A program made the translations under genes and the position numbers. A DNA stretch of 64,000 nucleotides from Methanobacteriota archaeon (GTDB lineage Archaea > Halobacteriota > Bog-38 > Methanoflorentales > Methanoflorentaceae): the NCBI GenBank assembly GCA_963719035.1, contig CAVRAO010000008.1, positions 224,001-288,000 on the forward strand, written 5' to 3'. Below are positions 1-9,410 of this stretch, in pieces. The notes under the pieces are model-generated. The model was not told the origin of the DNA. It searched no databases and saw only the letters and a list, made by a program, of their open reading frames with translations. Each line of letters starts with the position of its first letter. Position 1 is the first letter of the stretch.

Positions 1-221
1 GGGGTTGGCGTTGGTGTTGGCGTTGGGGTTGGCGTTGGTGTTGGCGTTGGAGTGGGCGTAGGTGTTGAAGTCGTAGCGGTAGTAGCCGTAGACGTCGAAG
101 TATTTGTGTTTGTTTCTGAGCTAGACCCTACATTAGCTTGATCAGATGTAGTGCAGCCAGTCATTATAATGGAAGCGATCACCATCGCGACCGTTAACAA
201 ATAAAGATAACCCTTCCTCAT
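1..221 (-). CDS. Lipoprotein with Ser/Thr-rich region and (PT)n linker; partial, runs off window start
   Basis: Manual translation from ATG at 221: MRKGYLYLLTVAMVIASIIMTGCTTSDQANVGSSSETNTNTSTSTATTATTSTPTPTPTP...; lipobox MTGC; not in the ORF track. Confidence 0.8.
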   Translation of the reverse strand, partial: MRKGYLYLLTVAMVIASIIMTGCTTSDQANVGSSSETNTNTSTSTATTATTSTPTPTPTPTPTPTPTPTPTPT

Positions 222-459
222 TTTTACCAGATAGTTAAACTAGACGTAGCCCGTATATAAAAACGACGATATGCTCATTGACGTTCTGTTTCACAGTTTT
301 AATTCAAGCCCATTTCACGCAGCAGAGCGACTCCTAATAGCAGGCATCTAGTGCTAAATAACTATGATGGCCTGATTAGTATCGTAACAAACTCAGAGCG
401 TCGACGATGCATAAGACAACGTAACGACAGAGTACGAACTACGAACGACAACATCCAAG

Positions 460-2525
460 CTAACTTACGTTTACGTTAACGACGGTGCTCGTCGATGATG
501 CATAGGCGCTGTCACCGGTGAAGGTGGCGTAGTAGGGGCGTTGGCCTGCAGAGTTAAAGGTCTGGGTGAGGGTGATCTGGCCGTTAGCGTTGGTGGTCGC
601 GGTGATGTCGTTGTAGCGGACGTTGTTGAGGTAGTGGTAGATGGTGACGGTTTTGCCGGAGAGGGCAGTGGTGCCCTTGAGGGTGGCGGTGAAGGTGACC
701 TTATCATTGATAGCGGGGGCGGTGGTGGACGCTTGGAGAGCGGTGGTGGTGGTTTGGCTGCTAATCTTGCGACGTTGATGTTGACGGCGCTGCTCGTTGA
801 TGAGGCGTAGGCGCTGTCACCGGTGAAGGTGGCGTAGTAGGGACGTTGGCCGGCGGAGCTAAAGGTTTGGGTGAGGGTGATCTGGCCGTTAGCGTTGGTG
901 GTCGCGGTGATGTCGTTGTAGCGGACGTTGTTGAGGTAGTGGTAGATGGTGACGGTTTTGCCGGAGAGGGCAGTGGTGCCCTTGAGGGTGGCGGTGAAGG
1001 TGACCTTATCATTGATAGCGGGGGTGGTGGTGGACGCTTTGAGGGCGGTGGTGGTGGTTTGGCTGCTGCTACTGCCGACGTTGATGTTGACGGCGCTGCT
1101 CGTTGATGTGGCATAGGTGCTGTCACCGGCAAAGGTGGCGTAGTAAGGGCGTTGACCGGTGGAGCCGAAGCTCTGGGTGAGGGTGATCTGGCCGTTAGCG
1201 TTGGTGGTCGCGGTGATGTCGTCGTAGCGTACGTTGTTGAGGTAGTGGTAGATGGTGACGGATTTGCCGGAGAGGGCAGAGGTGCCCTTGAGGGTGGCGG
1301 TGAAGGTGACCTTATCATTGATAGCGGGGGTGGTGGTGGACGCGGCGAGGGAGAGTTGGGCAGTTTGGCTGCCAGTGACATTGATGTTGACGGCGCTGCT
1401 CGTTGATGATGCGTAGGTGCTGTCACCGGCAAAGGTGGCGTAGTAGGGGCGTTGACCGGTCGAGCTGAAGGTCTGGGTGAGGGTGAGCTGGCCGTTCGCG
1501 TTGGTGGTCCCGGTGAAGTCGTTGTAGCGGACGTTGTTGAGGTAGTGGTAGATGGTGACGGATTTGCCGGAGAGGGCAGAGGTGCCCTTGAGGGTGGCGG
1601 TGAAGGTGACTGGTTTGCCGACAGTGGGGGTAGAGTTGGTGACGGAAAGCGTAGTAGAAGTGGTTTGGCCAGAAGAAAATTGAGTTGAACTAGTCGCTGG
1701 GTAATAAACCTGTAAGTCTGCCACTACCTTTTCGAATCCTAGCTCTTTATATCTACTAAGCCCCTGCGAATTACTACCACACCACACGTGGAAATGGCTG
1801 AAGCCAATCCCGTTGGAATACGACCAATCAAGCATTGACTTATAACTTGGTGATCCCCCAGTCTTCGAGTTGGTCAGAATTGGATTGTAATCTTTCCCAT
1901 CAGAACCATATTCCCACACCCCTGCTAGTATGCCATTCTGCTTTCCTAAAGAAGCGGCCTCTGTCGCTCCTTGCTGGATATACGGCCACTCCTGAGTATA
2001 GTAGCTCTCCCAGCTATTTGCTACTGTAAAGGAGTGTTTGTACATATCCTTCCAGAGGCCACATTGATCACAGTTGTAGTTCACGTACCCTTTGAAATGT
2101 TTTGACAAATAGTCAAGATCGCCAGCTCTGCCACCTTCCGAAGAGACGTACTCCCAGCCGGCGGCTTTGAGCGATTGGAAGTAGCTGGCAAAATTGCTAA
2201 TCGGTGTGCTTTGTAGCCGTCCTCCGTCCCAAATAGGGATTTCAACGTCGATAATTGGCTGCATACCAAGCGATTTGATCTTGTTAAGCTCAGTTTGGTA
2301 CGTTCCTTTGTCCAGAACGACCAAATGAACGGCGGTGAATCCATGCGCTTTAAAATAGTCAAGTGAGCCGTCATTTACCATTGACGCGGCGCAGCCAATG
2401 TGATACTGAATTGGGTGGGTAGTGGCGGCTCCGACTGGTGGTGTCGTAGCTATAATAGAGAACAAAAACGCAGCCAGAACCAAAATAACCGCAAATTTGT
2501 TATTGGACTGACGTAAACGTTGCAT
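460..2525 (-). CDS. Secreted protein: ~245-aa N-terminal domain plus four ~100-aa Ig-like repeats; -1 frameshift at ~762-770
   Basis: Signal peptide (FAVILVLAAFLFSIIA); repeat VTFTATLKG..IYHYLNNVRY..YYATFxGD; the 4th repeat continues in another frame to TAG at 460-462. Confidence 0.8.
463..1665. repeat. Four tandem ~300-bp near-identical coding repeats (Ig-like domains)
   Basis: Recurring blocks such as gttgttgaggtagtggtagatggtgacgg and ggtgcccttgagggtggcggtgaaggtgac. Confidence 0.95.
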
Positions 2526-2789
2526 CCGCGGGCGTTTTTTGTCAGGAGGTGTCAACATAATCCTTATCAACAGCAAAAAACTGCAGCCTAAGCAGTTAAA
2601 TGTGAATTACTTCCTTTTAAAAGCCTGCGTAACTTTTTTTTCAATAATACTTAACCTTTGTTGTTTACGTCCAAGCCTTCCACAACCATCGCTGGAACAA
2701 ACGGCAGCATATTACCTCTATTTTCGTTATGATATGCGCGGAGACAGCGGAGAATAGTTTTTATGCCTGAACGCGGCGCGGTTTTCGTA

Positions 2790-3725
2790 TCAAAGCTTCG
2801 ATGTACTTTTAGTGCTCGTTTTCCGCTCCATCGCAGAGTTCTCAGGTTTTCGGGCGTATCTCAAGTAAATAACAGAAAAGCCAAGAAACCAGACCGGAAA
2901 GAGCACATAGCTGGCGTAGTCGTGTACGGTCCAAAGCGCTTCAGCGCCGTAGAAATAGCCTGCGGCAAAAAGCAACAACAGCCTCACGAAGTTCTGGAGA
3001 TACGTACCAATCACACCAAAAATGAGTAGCCCAATCAAGAGCTTGTTCTGCGGTTTTCGGTCGATGATCATAAGTCCGAAAATGGCGAGAAATATGGCCA
3101 GCGAATCGCTTCCGGCGCATCTTGCATCAACCTTCGTGACGATATCGTAGCCCAACAGACTGGTCAACGTGACCGTAACGCCATTTAGAGTGATCGGCAC
3201 TCCGAGAGATTGCAGCGTTGACACACAGAGCACCGCAGTTACCCGGGGAAACCAAAAAGCTGTCGTGTTTTCAAGCAGCACTGGAAAACCTACGGCAACC
3301 CCGAACAATCCTAAGAGCAAGAGCGGTATTTTTGACGCTTGTCCAAAAAAAAGTGAGAATTGAGCGACGATGACGAACCCCACGGCAAAAAGGGTTAGTG
3401 GGAGCGAAGCTGAGAATGCCGAAACGTAGAATAGGAGAACAATCGAAGCACTCACCAATAACAGGCCAAAGATTAACCACTTAGCATCGGTCCCTCCTCG
3501 GGATGCCTCGACGATGTCCGCTCGCTTGATGTACGTCCACAAGATGCATAGGGCTAGAACTACCCAAAAATAGAACCCGTTTTGCTTCAGCGTGGCGTAA
3601 TCAAAAAGAAGCGCTGCACCAGCAAAAACGCTTCTAAACACCGCAAACGTAAAAATAAGGCAGACACATAGTAAGCCTAGCTTCAACACGAGTTTATGGT
3701 CCTTTCTGAGCACTGAACGATCCAC
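2790..3725 (-). CDS. Exosortase/archaeosortase family intramembrane transpeptidase
   Basis: Multi-TM; catalytic Cys (VDARCAG), Arg (NFVRL) and His (WTVHD) in family spacing. Confidence 0.85.
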   Translation of the reverse strand: MDRSVLRKDHKLVLKLGLLCVCLIFTFAVFRSVFAGAALLFDYATLKQNGFYFWVVLALCILWTYIKRADIVEASRGGTDAKWLIFGLLLVSASIVLLFYVSAFSASLPLTLFAVGFVIVAQFSLFFGQASKIPLLLLGLFGVAVGFPVLLENTTAFWFPRVTAVLCVSTLQSLGVPITLNGVTVTLTSLLGYDIVTKVDARCAGSDSLAIFLAIFGLMIIDRKPQNKLLIGLLIFGVIGTYLQNFVRLLLLFAAGYFYGAEALWTVHDYASYVLFPVWFLGFSVIYLRYARKPENSAMERKTSTKSTSKL

Positions 3726-3812
3726 GGTTTATTTGCCTCTGAGAGATCAGATTAAAAAAACGCACTTTAAAATAGCTTCTAGCTACAGCAGCCTTAATAT
3801 TTAATATGGTTT

Positions 3813-4694
3813 GTGAAAACTTTTGTAGATATACTTTTTGTGGAATTGACGATGCTTGAAACCCCCGCAGCGATAAGAATAGATGTCGACAGCACGCGAG
3901 ATATTGCTCTCCTACCTGAATTGCTCGACTTGCTACTGCTTCTTGACGTTAAAGCAACTTTTTTTATCACGACTGGCCCTGACAGGTTAGCGCTTAACCT
4001 GTTCAATTATCTTACAGATCCGCGAAGTTTCTTCAGATTCGTTAAATCGAAACCGCTGCGGTATGGGTCCCACAGTCTAAATGGGCTTTTAAGAAAAACG
4101 CCAGTAGAAGCCACATGCCCAGAGGTATTACTGAGAGCCCAACTAGAAGGACACGAAATCGGTTTACACGGATACGATCACTATGCGTGGATACGTAACT
4201 TGCGCAACATGGATGAACTCCAGATCACTGAGCTAATTAGCCGAGGGTTGGGGGCATTACACGCGATAACTGTAGCTGACATAAGGGGCTTTGCCTCTCC
4301 CGGATTTGCTGTTACAAGCGCTTTGTTAAGGGCTATTGACGCGCTTGGCTTTGACTATTCAAGTGATTTTAAAAGCAATAAGCCGACACCCCCCTTCTAC
4401 CCAGAAACAGAGACTAAAAGGGATTCTGTCTTGCAAGTGCCGGTTTCGATGGATTCGATTGGTGAGCTCTTTATAGCAGGATTTTCTGAAGATGAGATTA
4501 AAGCGAAGATTCACAAGAACAGAGATGTTTGGCACAACAAAATGGTACCGTTCGTGATGTACGCTCACCCAGCGCACGAAATCGGCTGCTACAAGGAGTT
4601 ATTCTCCTCGGTCTTACGAGATCTGCGCGAAGATTCACGCTTTACATTTTTAACACTAGCCCAAATTGCGCAACAATGGAAGGTGCGTGCTTGA
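3813..4694 (+). CDS. ArnD-like polysaccharide deacetylase (NodB/CE4 fold); likely start 3853
   Basis: RIDVDS, ATFF..GPD, HEIGLHGYDH, GFASPG, YSSD motifs. Confidence 0.85.
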   Translation: MKTFVDILFVELTMLETPAAIRIDVDSTRDIALLPELLDLLLLLDVKATFFITTGPDRLALNLFNYLTDPRSFFRFVKSKPLRYGSHSLNGLLRKTPVEATCPEVLLRAQLEGHEIGLHGYDHYAWIRNLRNMDELQITELISRGLGALHAITVADIRGFASPGFAVTSALLRAIDALGFDYSSDFKSNKPTPPFYPETETKRDSVLQVPVSMDSIGELFIAGFSEDEIKAKIHKNRDVWHNKMVPFVMYAHPAHEIGCYKELFSSVLRDLREDSRFTFLTLAQIAQQWKVRA

Positions 4695-5863
4695 AGTCGC
4701 TCAGAATTGCACACATCTACGAACTCGGTCCGCGACAAGAGGGCGTGCTGCTAGGCGGCATTGAAGTTGCATTGCTTGAACTTTCAAAATCACTTACGAG
4801 ACTGGGGCACGAAGTAACGATCATCAATGGGGCAAGCAATGGAGCTGCCGAGTTTCATATAGAAGACGTGATGGTTAAAACCATTGATCTCGCAGGCACC
4901 ATGAGACGTACCTGGGATCCTACAAACCTAAGGTTTGCAAGACAGGTCGCATTTCCGTTTGCAGCGCTTGCGGCAGAGCTCCCCGGTTTTGATGTCTATC
5001 ACGGTCATTTCTACACGTCAGGCGTAGCAGCAAACGTCTTAGCTCGAAAATATGGAGGGTCGGCGGTCAACACAATCCACGGCTCGTATTATGACATCTG
5101 GCGTTACATAGAGCCTCCGATCATCTCATCGATGTACAGACTAACTGAGCGCACACTCGCTCCGATGCTTGCACGGATGTCCAAAATACAAATTCACACA
5201 GGTGGCTATTTTGCACGCAGGGTCATAAACTGGGGGGCCCCACCCGATAAGATAGTAACGATTCACAACGGCTTTGATCCGCACGTGTTTAAACCCGGCG
5301 TTGCATCCAGCGATCTCGTCGGGGAGAGACCTATTCTTTTCACTGCGAGGAGGCTCGTTGAGAAAAACGGTTTAGAGTACCTTATTTTGGCGATGCCAGA
5401 CATTATTGCACAAAATGATGCTGAGCTTGTGATAGCTGGAGACGGACCGCACAAGCAGCACCTCCAAAAACTAGTGGCGCACCACAACCTTCAAAACGAT
5501 GTCTCGTTTATCGGGGCGGTGCCGCATTCTAAGTTGCCACAATTAATTTCAGCATCGGATATAGTAGTGATCCCAAGCCTCATGGAAGCTTCAAGTCTCT
5601 TCCTGATTGAGTCTATGGCTTGTAAACGCCCTATTGTCGCAACTAACGTGGGTGGGATTCCTGAAATTTTAAACGAAGGCTGCGGCGTACTTGTACCCCC
5701 ACGAAATACGCTCGCCCTTTCCCAAGCTATAAACCGACTAATTGCTGATCAGGGTTTACGAGACAATCTAGCAAGTGAGGCCTGTTTAGCAGTAAGAGGA
5801 ACGCTTACGTGGGATAAAATCGCCCAACAGACTGAGAACGCCTACGCGACTGCAGTTGCGTAA
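4691..5863 (+). CDS. Glycosyltransferase family 4
   Basis: GGIE N-terminal motif, RLVEKNG, PSLMEASSLFLIESMAC; TTG start overlaps the upstream stop. Confidence 0.9.
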   Translation: MKSLRIAHIYELGPRQEGVLLGGIEVALLELSKSLTRLGHEVTIINGASNGAAEFHIEDVMVKTIDLAGTMRRTWDPTNLRFARQVAFPFAALAAELPGFDVYHGHFYTSGVAANVLARKYGGSAVNTIHGSYYDIWRYIEPPIISSMYRLTERTLAPMLARMSKIQIHTGGYFARRVINWGAPPDKIVTIHNGFDPHVFKPGVASSDLVGERPILFTARRLVEKNGLEYLILAMPDIIAQNDAELVIAGDGPHKQHLQKLVAHHNLQNDVSFIGAVPHSKLPQLISASDIVVIPSLMEASSLFLIESMACKRPIVATNVGGIPEILNEGCGVLVPPRNTLALSQAINRLIADQGLRDNLASEACLAVRGTLTWDKIAQQTENAYATAVA

Positions 5864-5871
5864 TCGAAAGA

Positions 5872-6048
5872 CTAGCGGTAGTAATCAGGCACTGTCGCTT
5901 TCCGGAACTCGACGCATCGTTTGCAGGAATCAACTGGGAGTATTCCAAACGCTCCGCAACGGACGTATTTGGTTGCTCCGTACCGTTCGTATCCCATGAA
6001 CGCCACGCAGTCCACGTCGGGTTCGGTCGTGCCGGTTCCTAAACCCAT
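5872..6048 (-). CDS. Small 58-aa Cys-rich hypothetical protein
   Basis: ATG at 6048 preceded by GAGG; four Cys including CKRC. Confidence 0.5.
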   Translation of the reverse strand: MGLGTGTTEPDVDCVAFMGYERYGATKYVRCGAFGILPVDSCKRCVEFRKATVPDYYR

Positions 6049-6137
6049 TTGTCTGCCTCTAAAGAACGTTTGGGTTTTATTATTTATAAGTTGGCGCAGC
6101 TTTCGTAAGGCAGAGTATTTCTGATTGGTTAACGAAG

Positions 6138-6863
6138 TCAAACTCGAGCTATTGTCACGAAACCTGTGTGTCCAACTCTAGTAGCGGGACGAGTGCCTCT
6201 TTTCCCAAACTGTATCTCTCGTTCAATTCCCTCGAAAGTTTTGATTTGAGTGAAGCTCGTAAGCGCATTTCGCGCCTCAAATACCTGCTCATAAAATGGA
6301 GAGAATGACGCTATGAACCCGCCAGGTGCCAAGCAGTCTGTTACTACACGGATTGCGTTGCTGATGTCGTACAAGTCGAGGGTGACGATGTCAAACTCAA
6401 TTTCTGATTTTATTTCGAGTATATCTCCTTCGATAATATCGACGTTTGTCAGCCCTGCCCTTTTTACGTTCTCCGCAGCGCGTTTTGCAAAATCCGGGTT
6501 AATCTCGTAAGAGACAACGTGTTTAGCAATATTGCCCAAAAAGATAGCGGTTATCCCTGACCCAGTGCCTGCATCGAGCACAACGTCATCTTTGTTCAAC
6601 CCAGTATAGGCAACAATAATGCCGATGTCTTTCGGCATCATGGGCGCCCCGGTGCGCTTCAAATGGGTAAAATAGTCGGGTGCACGTGGTTCCAGCACCT
6701 TAAACTCATAGCAAAGGTGCGTGCTTACGGTACTTCCGAATTCTAGAGCTTTGAGTGCCCCAAGGTTTATTATGCCAACGTCAGTATGGAGCTCCCCCTC
6801 AGATCTAACTAAAAACTGCTTTTTATTATTCGCGATCGAGACCAGAAGGGCGTTCTCAACCAT
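6138..6863 (-). CDS. trmI: tRNA (adenine57/58-N1)-methyltransferase
   Basis: PKD motif, LDAGTGSG, TRP..RVGHTGF. Confidence 0.92.
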   Translation of the reverse strand: MVENALLVSIANNKKQFLVRSEGELHTDVGIINLGALKALEFGSTVSTHLCYEFKVLEPRAPDYFTHLKRTGAPMMPKDIGIIVAYTGLNKDDVVLDAGTGSGITAIFLGNIAKHVVSYEINPDFAKRAAENVKRAGLTNVDIIEGDILEIKSEIEFDIVTLDLYDISNAIRVVTDCLAPGGFIASFSPFYEQVFEARNALTSFTQIKTFEGIEREIQFGKRGTRPATRVGHTGFVTIARV

Positions 6864-6875
6864 ATCTTCCTGCTA

Positions 6876-7226
6876 TTACGACTCTTTCAGTTTCAGAATT
6901 GCTTCGGCAAGGTCCCCGTCACTTGCCATAAGCGCCTCTCGCGCATCATTCTCGCTGACTCCCGCTTGTTCTGTGACCAACTTTACGTCTTCTTCATTTA
7001 TCCGCGCACGTTCAGTAGGCTCTCCTGATATCTGATAGTTTTTAGTTCCTTGAGCTTTCATTATCGTGACCGCCACGTCTTCGAAAACGAGCTCTTTGTC
7101 AGAAAGCTGTATAATCACTCTCTCGACGTTTTCTAGCTGTTCTACGTCGATCCCCATTTGTTTCATCATCTGCTGCAATTTCTTGGGACTCATTCCTCGC
7201 ATTCCGGGAATCATGAAACCACCCAC
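6876..7226 (-). CDS. nac: Nascent polypeptide-associated complex protein
   Basis: MMKQMGI.., EDVKLV.EQ, GDLAEAI UBA domain. Confidence 0.95.
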   Translation of the reverse strand: MGGFMIPGMRGMSPKKLQQMMKQMGIDVEQLENVERVIIQLSDKELVFEDVAVTIMKAQGTKNYQISGEPTERARINEEDVKLVTEQAGVSENDAREALMASDGDLAEAILKLKES

Positions 7227-7289
7227 TTTAACGAAATATTTACAGGGCTTTTTTACGTTTTAAGGCGCATTCGAACCGCTCTGCTTAGG

Positions 7290-7757
7290 TTACGAATACT
7301 CGCAAGCACCTAGAAACCCCTGCCTCACTTTAACTGCGACTCCTTTGTTAAACGCGTTCATCTCCAGTGGACTCAAAAGCGCCCGTCCTGTTGCGATCAA
7401 CGCATCATTTTCGTCAACCAACAACACTTCGTCGTGTGCCCTCAAGTCAGAATCCACGTGCACAACGTGTTTAGCAAAGGCAGTTTTTCCCGCTCCAACG
7501 AATGGCGTCGCTTCGGAATTGACTATAACCCGAAGCTTTGGATATGGAAAACACGTGTGCAAGCGGCGTGCCCCTAGTTGACTTAATGTGAAAAGCCCGT
7601 CTGAAGCACGTAGAGTTGCGACCCTCGTATCTCCGTCTAGCACCTGACTAACCCGTCGCGTTCGCGACAAAGAGAACCTCACCGAGTCTGAAAAGAGGGC
7701 TTCTCCTGCTCCAGGCCCGAACTGGTAATCTGCAATAACCCTGACGCGTCGTAGCAC
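7290..7757 (-). CDS. PUA-domain protein (archaeosine TGT C-terminal-like)
   Basis: IADYQFG.GAG, LRASDG, GKTAFAKHV, AVKVR. Confidence 0.85.
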   Translation of the reverse strand: MLRRVRVIADYQFGPGAGEALFSDSVRFSLSRTRRVSQVLDGDTRVATLRASDGLFTLSQLGARRLHTCFPYPKLRVIVNSEATPFVGAGKTAFAKHVVHVDSDLRAHDEVLLVDENDALIATGRALLSPLEMNAFNKGVAVKVRQGFLGACEYS

Positions 7758-7792
7758 AAGCGTTATATTTCAACACTAAGCATTTTAGGTTT

Positions 7793-9247
7793 ATGCCTCT
7801 CGAGTCACTGTCTGTAGAAGACATGCGCCGCATTGAGGAGAACTGCGTCGGACTCGGCATCTCCAAGTTACAGCTTATGGAAAACGCCGGTAAGGCTGTC
7901 GCGGAACGAGTAAGGCACCTACATAAAAGCTCACGTATCCCAGCCAACAAGGTAGTTGTCATCTGCGGTCTCGGAAATAACGGAGGTGATGGCTTCGTCG
8001 TGGCTCGACATTTATCAAGCGAGTTTACTGTTCATGTGGTGCTCGTCGGCTGTGAGAGTGCCCTGAAAAGTGACGAGGCGCAAAAGAACTGGGACGCTTT
8101 AAAGCATCTGGATTATTCCGTGTCCATTCACCAAGGTCCCGCAATTTTTAGTCCAGAAAGTCCACTTGAGAACCTAGCGGGTTTTGACATACTCGTCGAT
8201 GCTATTCTAGGGACAGGACTGACCGGATCGGTGCGCGAACCAGAAAAAACGGTTATTCAACTAATAAATCAATCAAAAATCAAGAAACTGTCGATTGATG
8301 TCCCTAGCGGCGATCGCACAGAAACGACGGTAAATGCAGATTACGTAATAGCCCTCCATCGCCTTAAAACTGGAACAATTGTTAAGAATACAACAATCTG
8401 CGACATAGGGATTCCCCTAGAGGCAGAACTCTACACAGGCCCGGGCGATATATCTTTTCGCCGGAGGGCTGAAAGTCACAAAGGCGAAAACGGAAGGGTG
8501 CTGATTATTGGCGGCGGGCCTTTTACAGGCGCACCGACTTTGGCCGCTATGGCAGCTTTGAGAAGCGGCATCGATGTTGTGACCGTCGCTTCACCAAAAG
8601 CTGAAATCATAGCTGGATTCAGTCCGAACCTTATAGTCAAACAGATAGGCACTGAACGAATCACTTCAAAAGAAGTAAAAACCCTCATCGATCTCATCGC
8701 CCGGCACGATTCCGTCGTGCTCGGGCCTGGTCTCGGCGCTGACCCAGAAACGACAAGAGCGGTAAGTGCCCTACTATCTGCTTCTGACAACATAACGCTT
8801 GACGCAGACGGGCTTAGTGCCCTGGCAACCGCTGATTACAAGGCACACAGCATAACTGTTACCCCACATCAGGGTGAGTTCACAGCTCTAACAGGTGCCA
8901 CAATTCCGAGCAGTCTTCAAGAAAGAATAGAGGCGGTCAAGGCTTTTTCACGAGAATGGAACGTCATTACACTGCTAAAAGGTCGAATTGACATCATCTC
9001 AGATGGGGCGAAGTATCGCTTAAATAAGACTGGCAATGCCGGAATGACGGTCGGCGGCACAGGTGACGTCTTGGCGGGGCTTGTTGGCGCTTTTTCAACG
9101 CGTCTAGACAAAATGCAAGCAGCGTCAACTGCTGCTTACCTCAACGGCTGTGCGGGTGACTTAGCATTTTCCCGCTTGGGGTACGGCCTGTTAGCAACAG
9201 ACGTCATAGATTGCATACCGGGTGCGGTATCTGGGCTATCTCAATGA
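7793..9247 (+). CDS. nnr: Bifunctional NAD(P)H-hydrate epimerase/dehydratase
   Basis: LMENAG, GNNGGDG, DAILGTG, HKGENG, GGTGDVLAG. Confidence 0.95.
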   Translation: MPLESLSVEDMRRIEENCVGLGISKLQLMENAGKAVAERVRHLHKSSRIPANKVVVICGLGNNGGDGFVVARHLSSEFTVHVVLVGCESALKSDEAQKNWDALKHLDYSVSIHQGPAIFSPESPLENLAGFDILVDAILGTGLTGSVREPEKTVIQLINQSKIKKLSIDVPSGDRTETTVNADYVIALHRLKTGTIVKNTTICDIGIPLEAELYTGPGDISFRRRAESHKGENGRVLIIGGGPFTGAPTLAAMAALRSGIDVVTVASPKAEIIAGFSPNLIVKQIGTERITSKEVKTLIDLIARHDSVVLGPGLGADPETTRAVSALLSASDNITLDADGLSALATADYKAHSITVTPHQGEFTALTGATIPSSLQERIEAVKAFSREWNVITLLKGRIDIISDGAKYRLNKTGNAGMTVGGTGDVLAGLVGAFSTRLDKMQAASTAAYLNGCAGDLAFSRLGYGLLATDVIDCIPGAVSGLSQ

Positions 9248-9300
9248 TTGGTGTCTGTTTTCTTTTTTCAACACATGTTTGTTAGAATTCCGACAATGAT

Positions 9301-9410
9301 ATAGGCTAAGCGGCGAACAAGGCCCAGCAAGACCCATCGAAGGTATGCCCGGCTGCCGGTGGTTGCGTTTAGTCACGATTTAGCTGAACGCCAGGAACTG
9401 TTGATTCCTT
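9301..9410 (+). ncRNA. Candidate structured ncRNA (family uncertain)
   Basis: GC-rich intergenic segment with stems CCGG/CCGG, GCGTTTAG/CTGAACGC, AGGAA/TTCCT; from memory it resembles a conserved euryarchaeal ncRNA pattern (unverified). Confidence 0.45.

Noticed and set aside
463-1665. Repeats as a CRISPR array or DGR template/variable repeat
   Set aside because: Units are ~300-bp coding domains without spacers; no cas or reverse transcriptase gene; differences do not appear adenine-specific
541-1688. Four repeated Gly/Val-rich plus-strand ORFs and the Pro-rich ORF 761-1432
   Set aside because: Antisense and off-frame shadows of the Ig-like repeats
7290-7757. Stand-alone PUA protein as novel
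   Set aside because: Split archaeosine TGT C-terminal domains are known in this group
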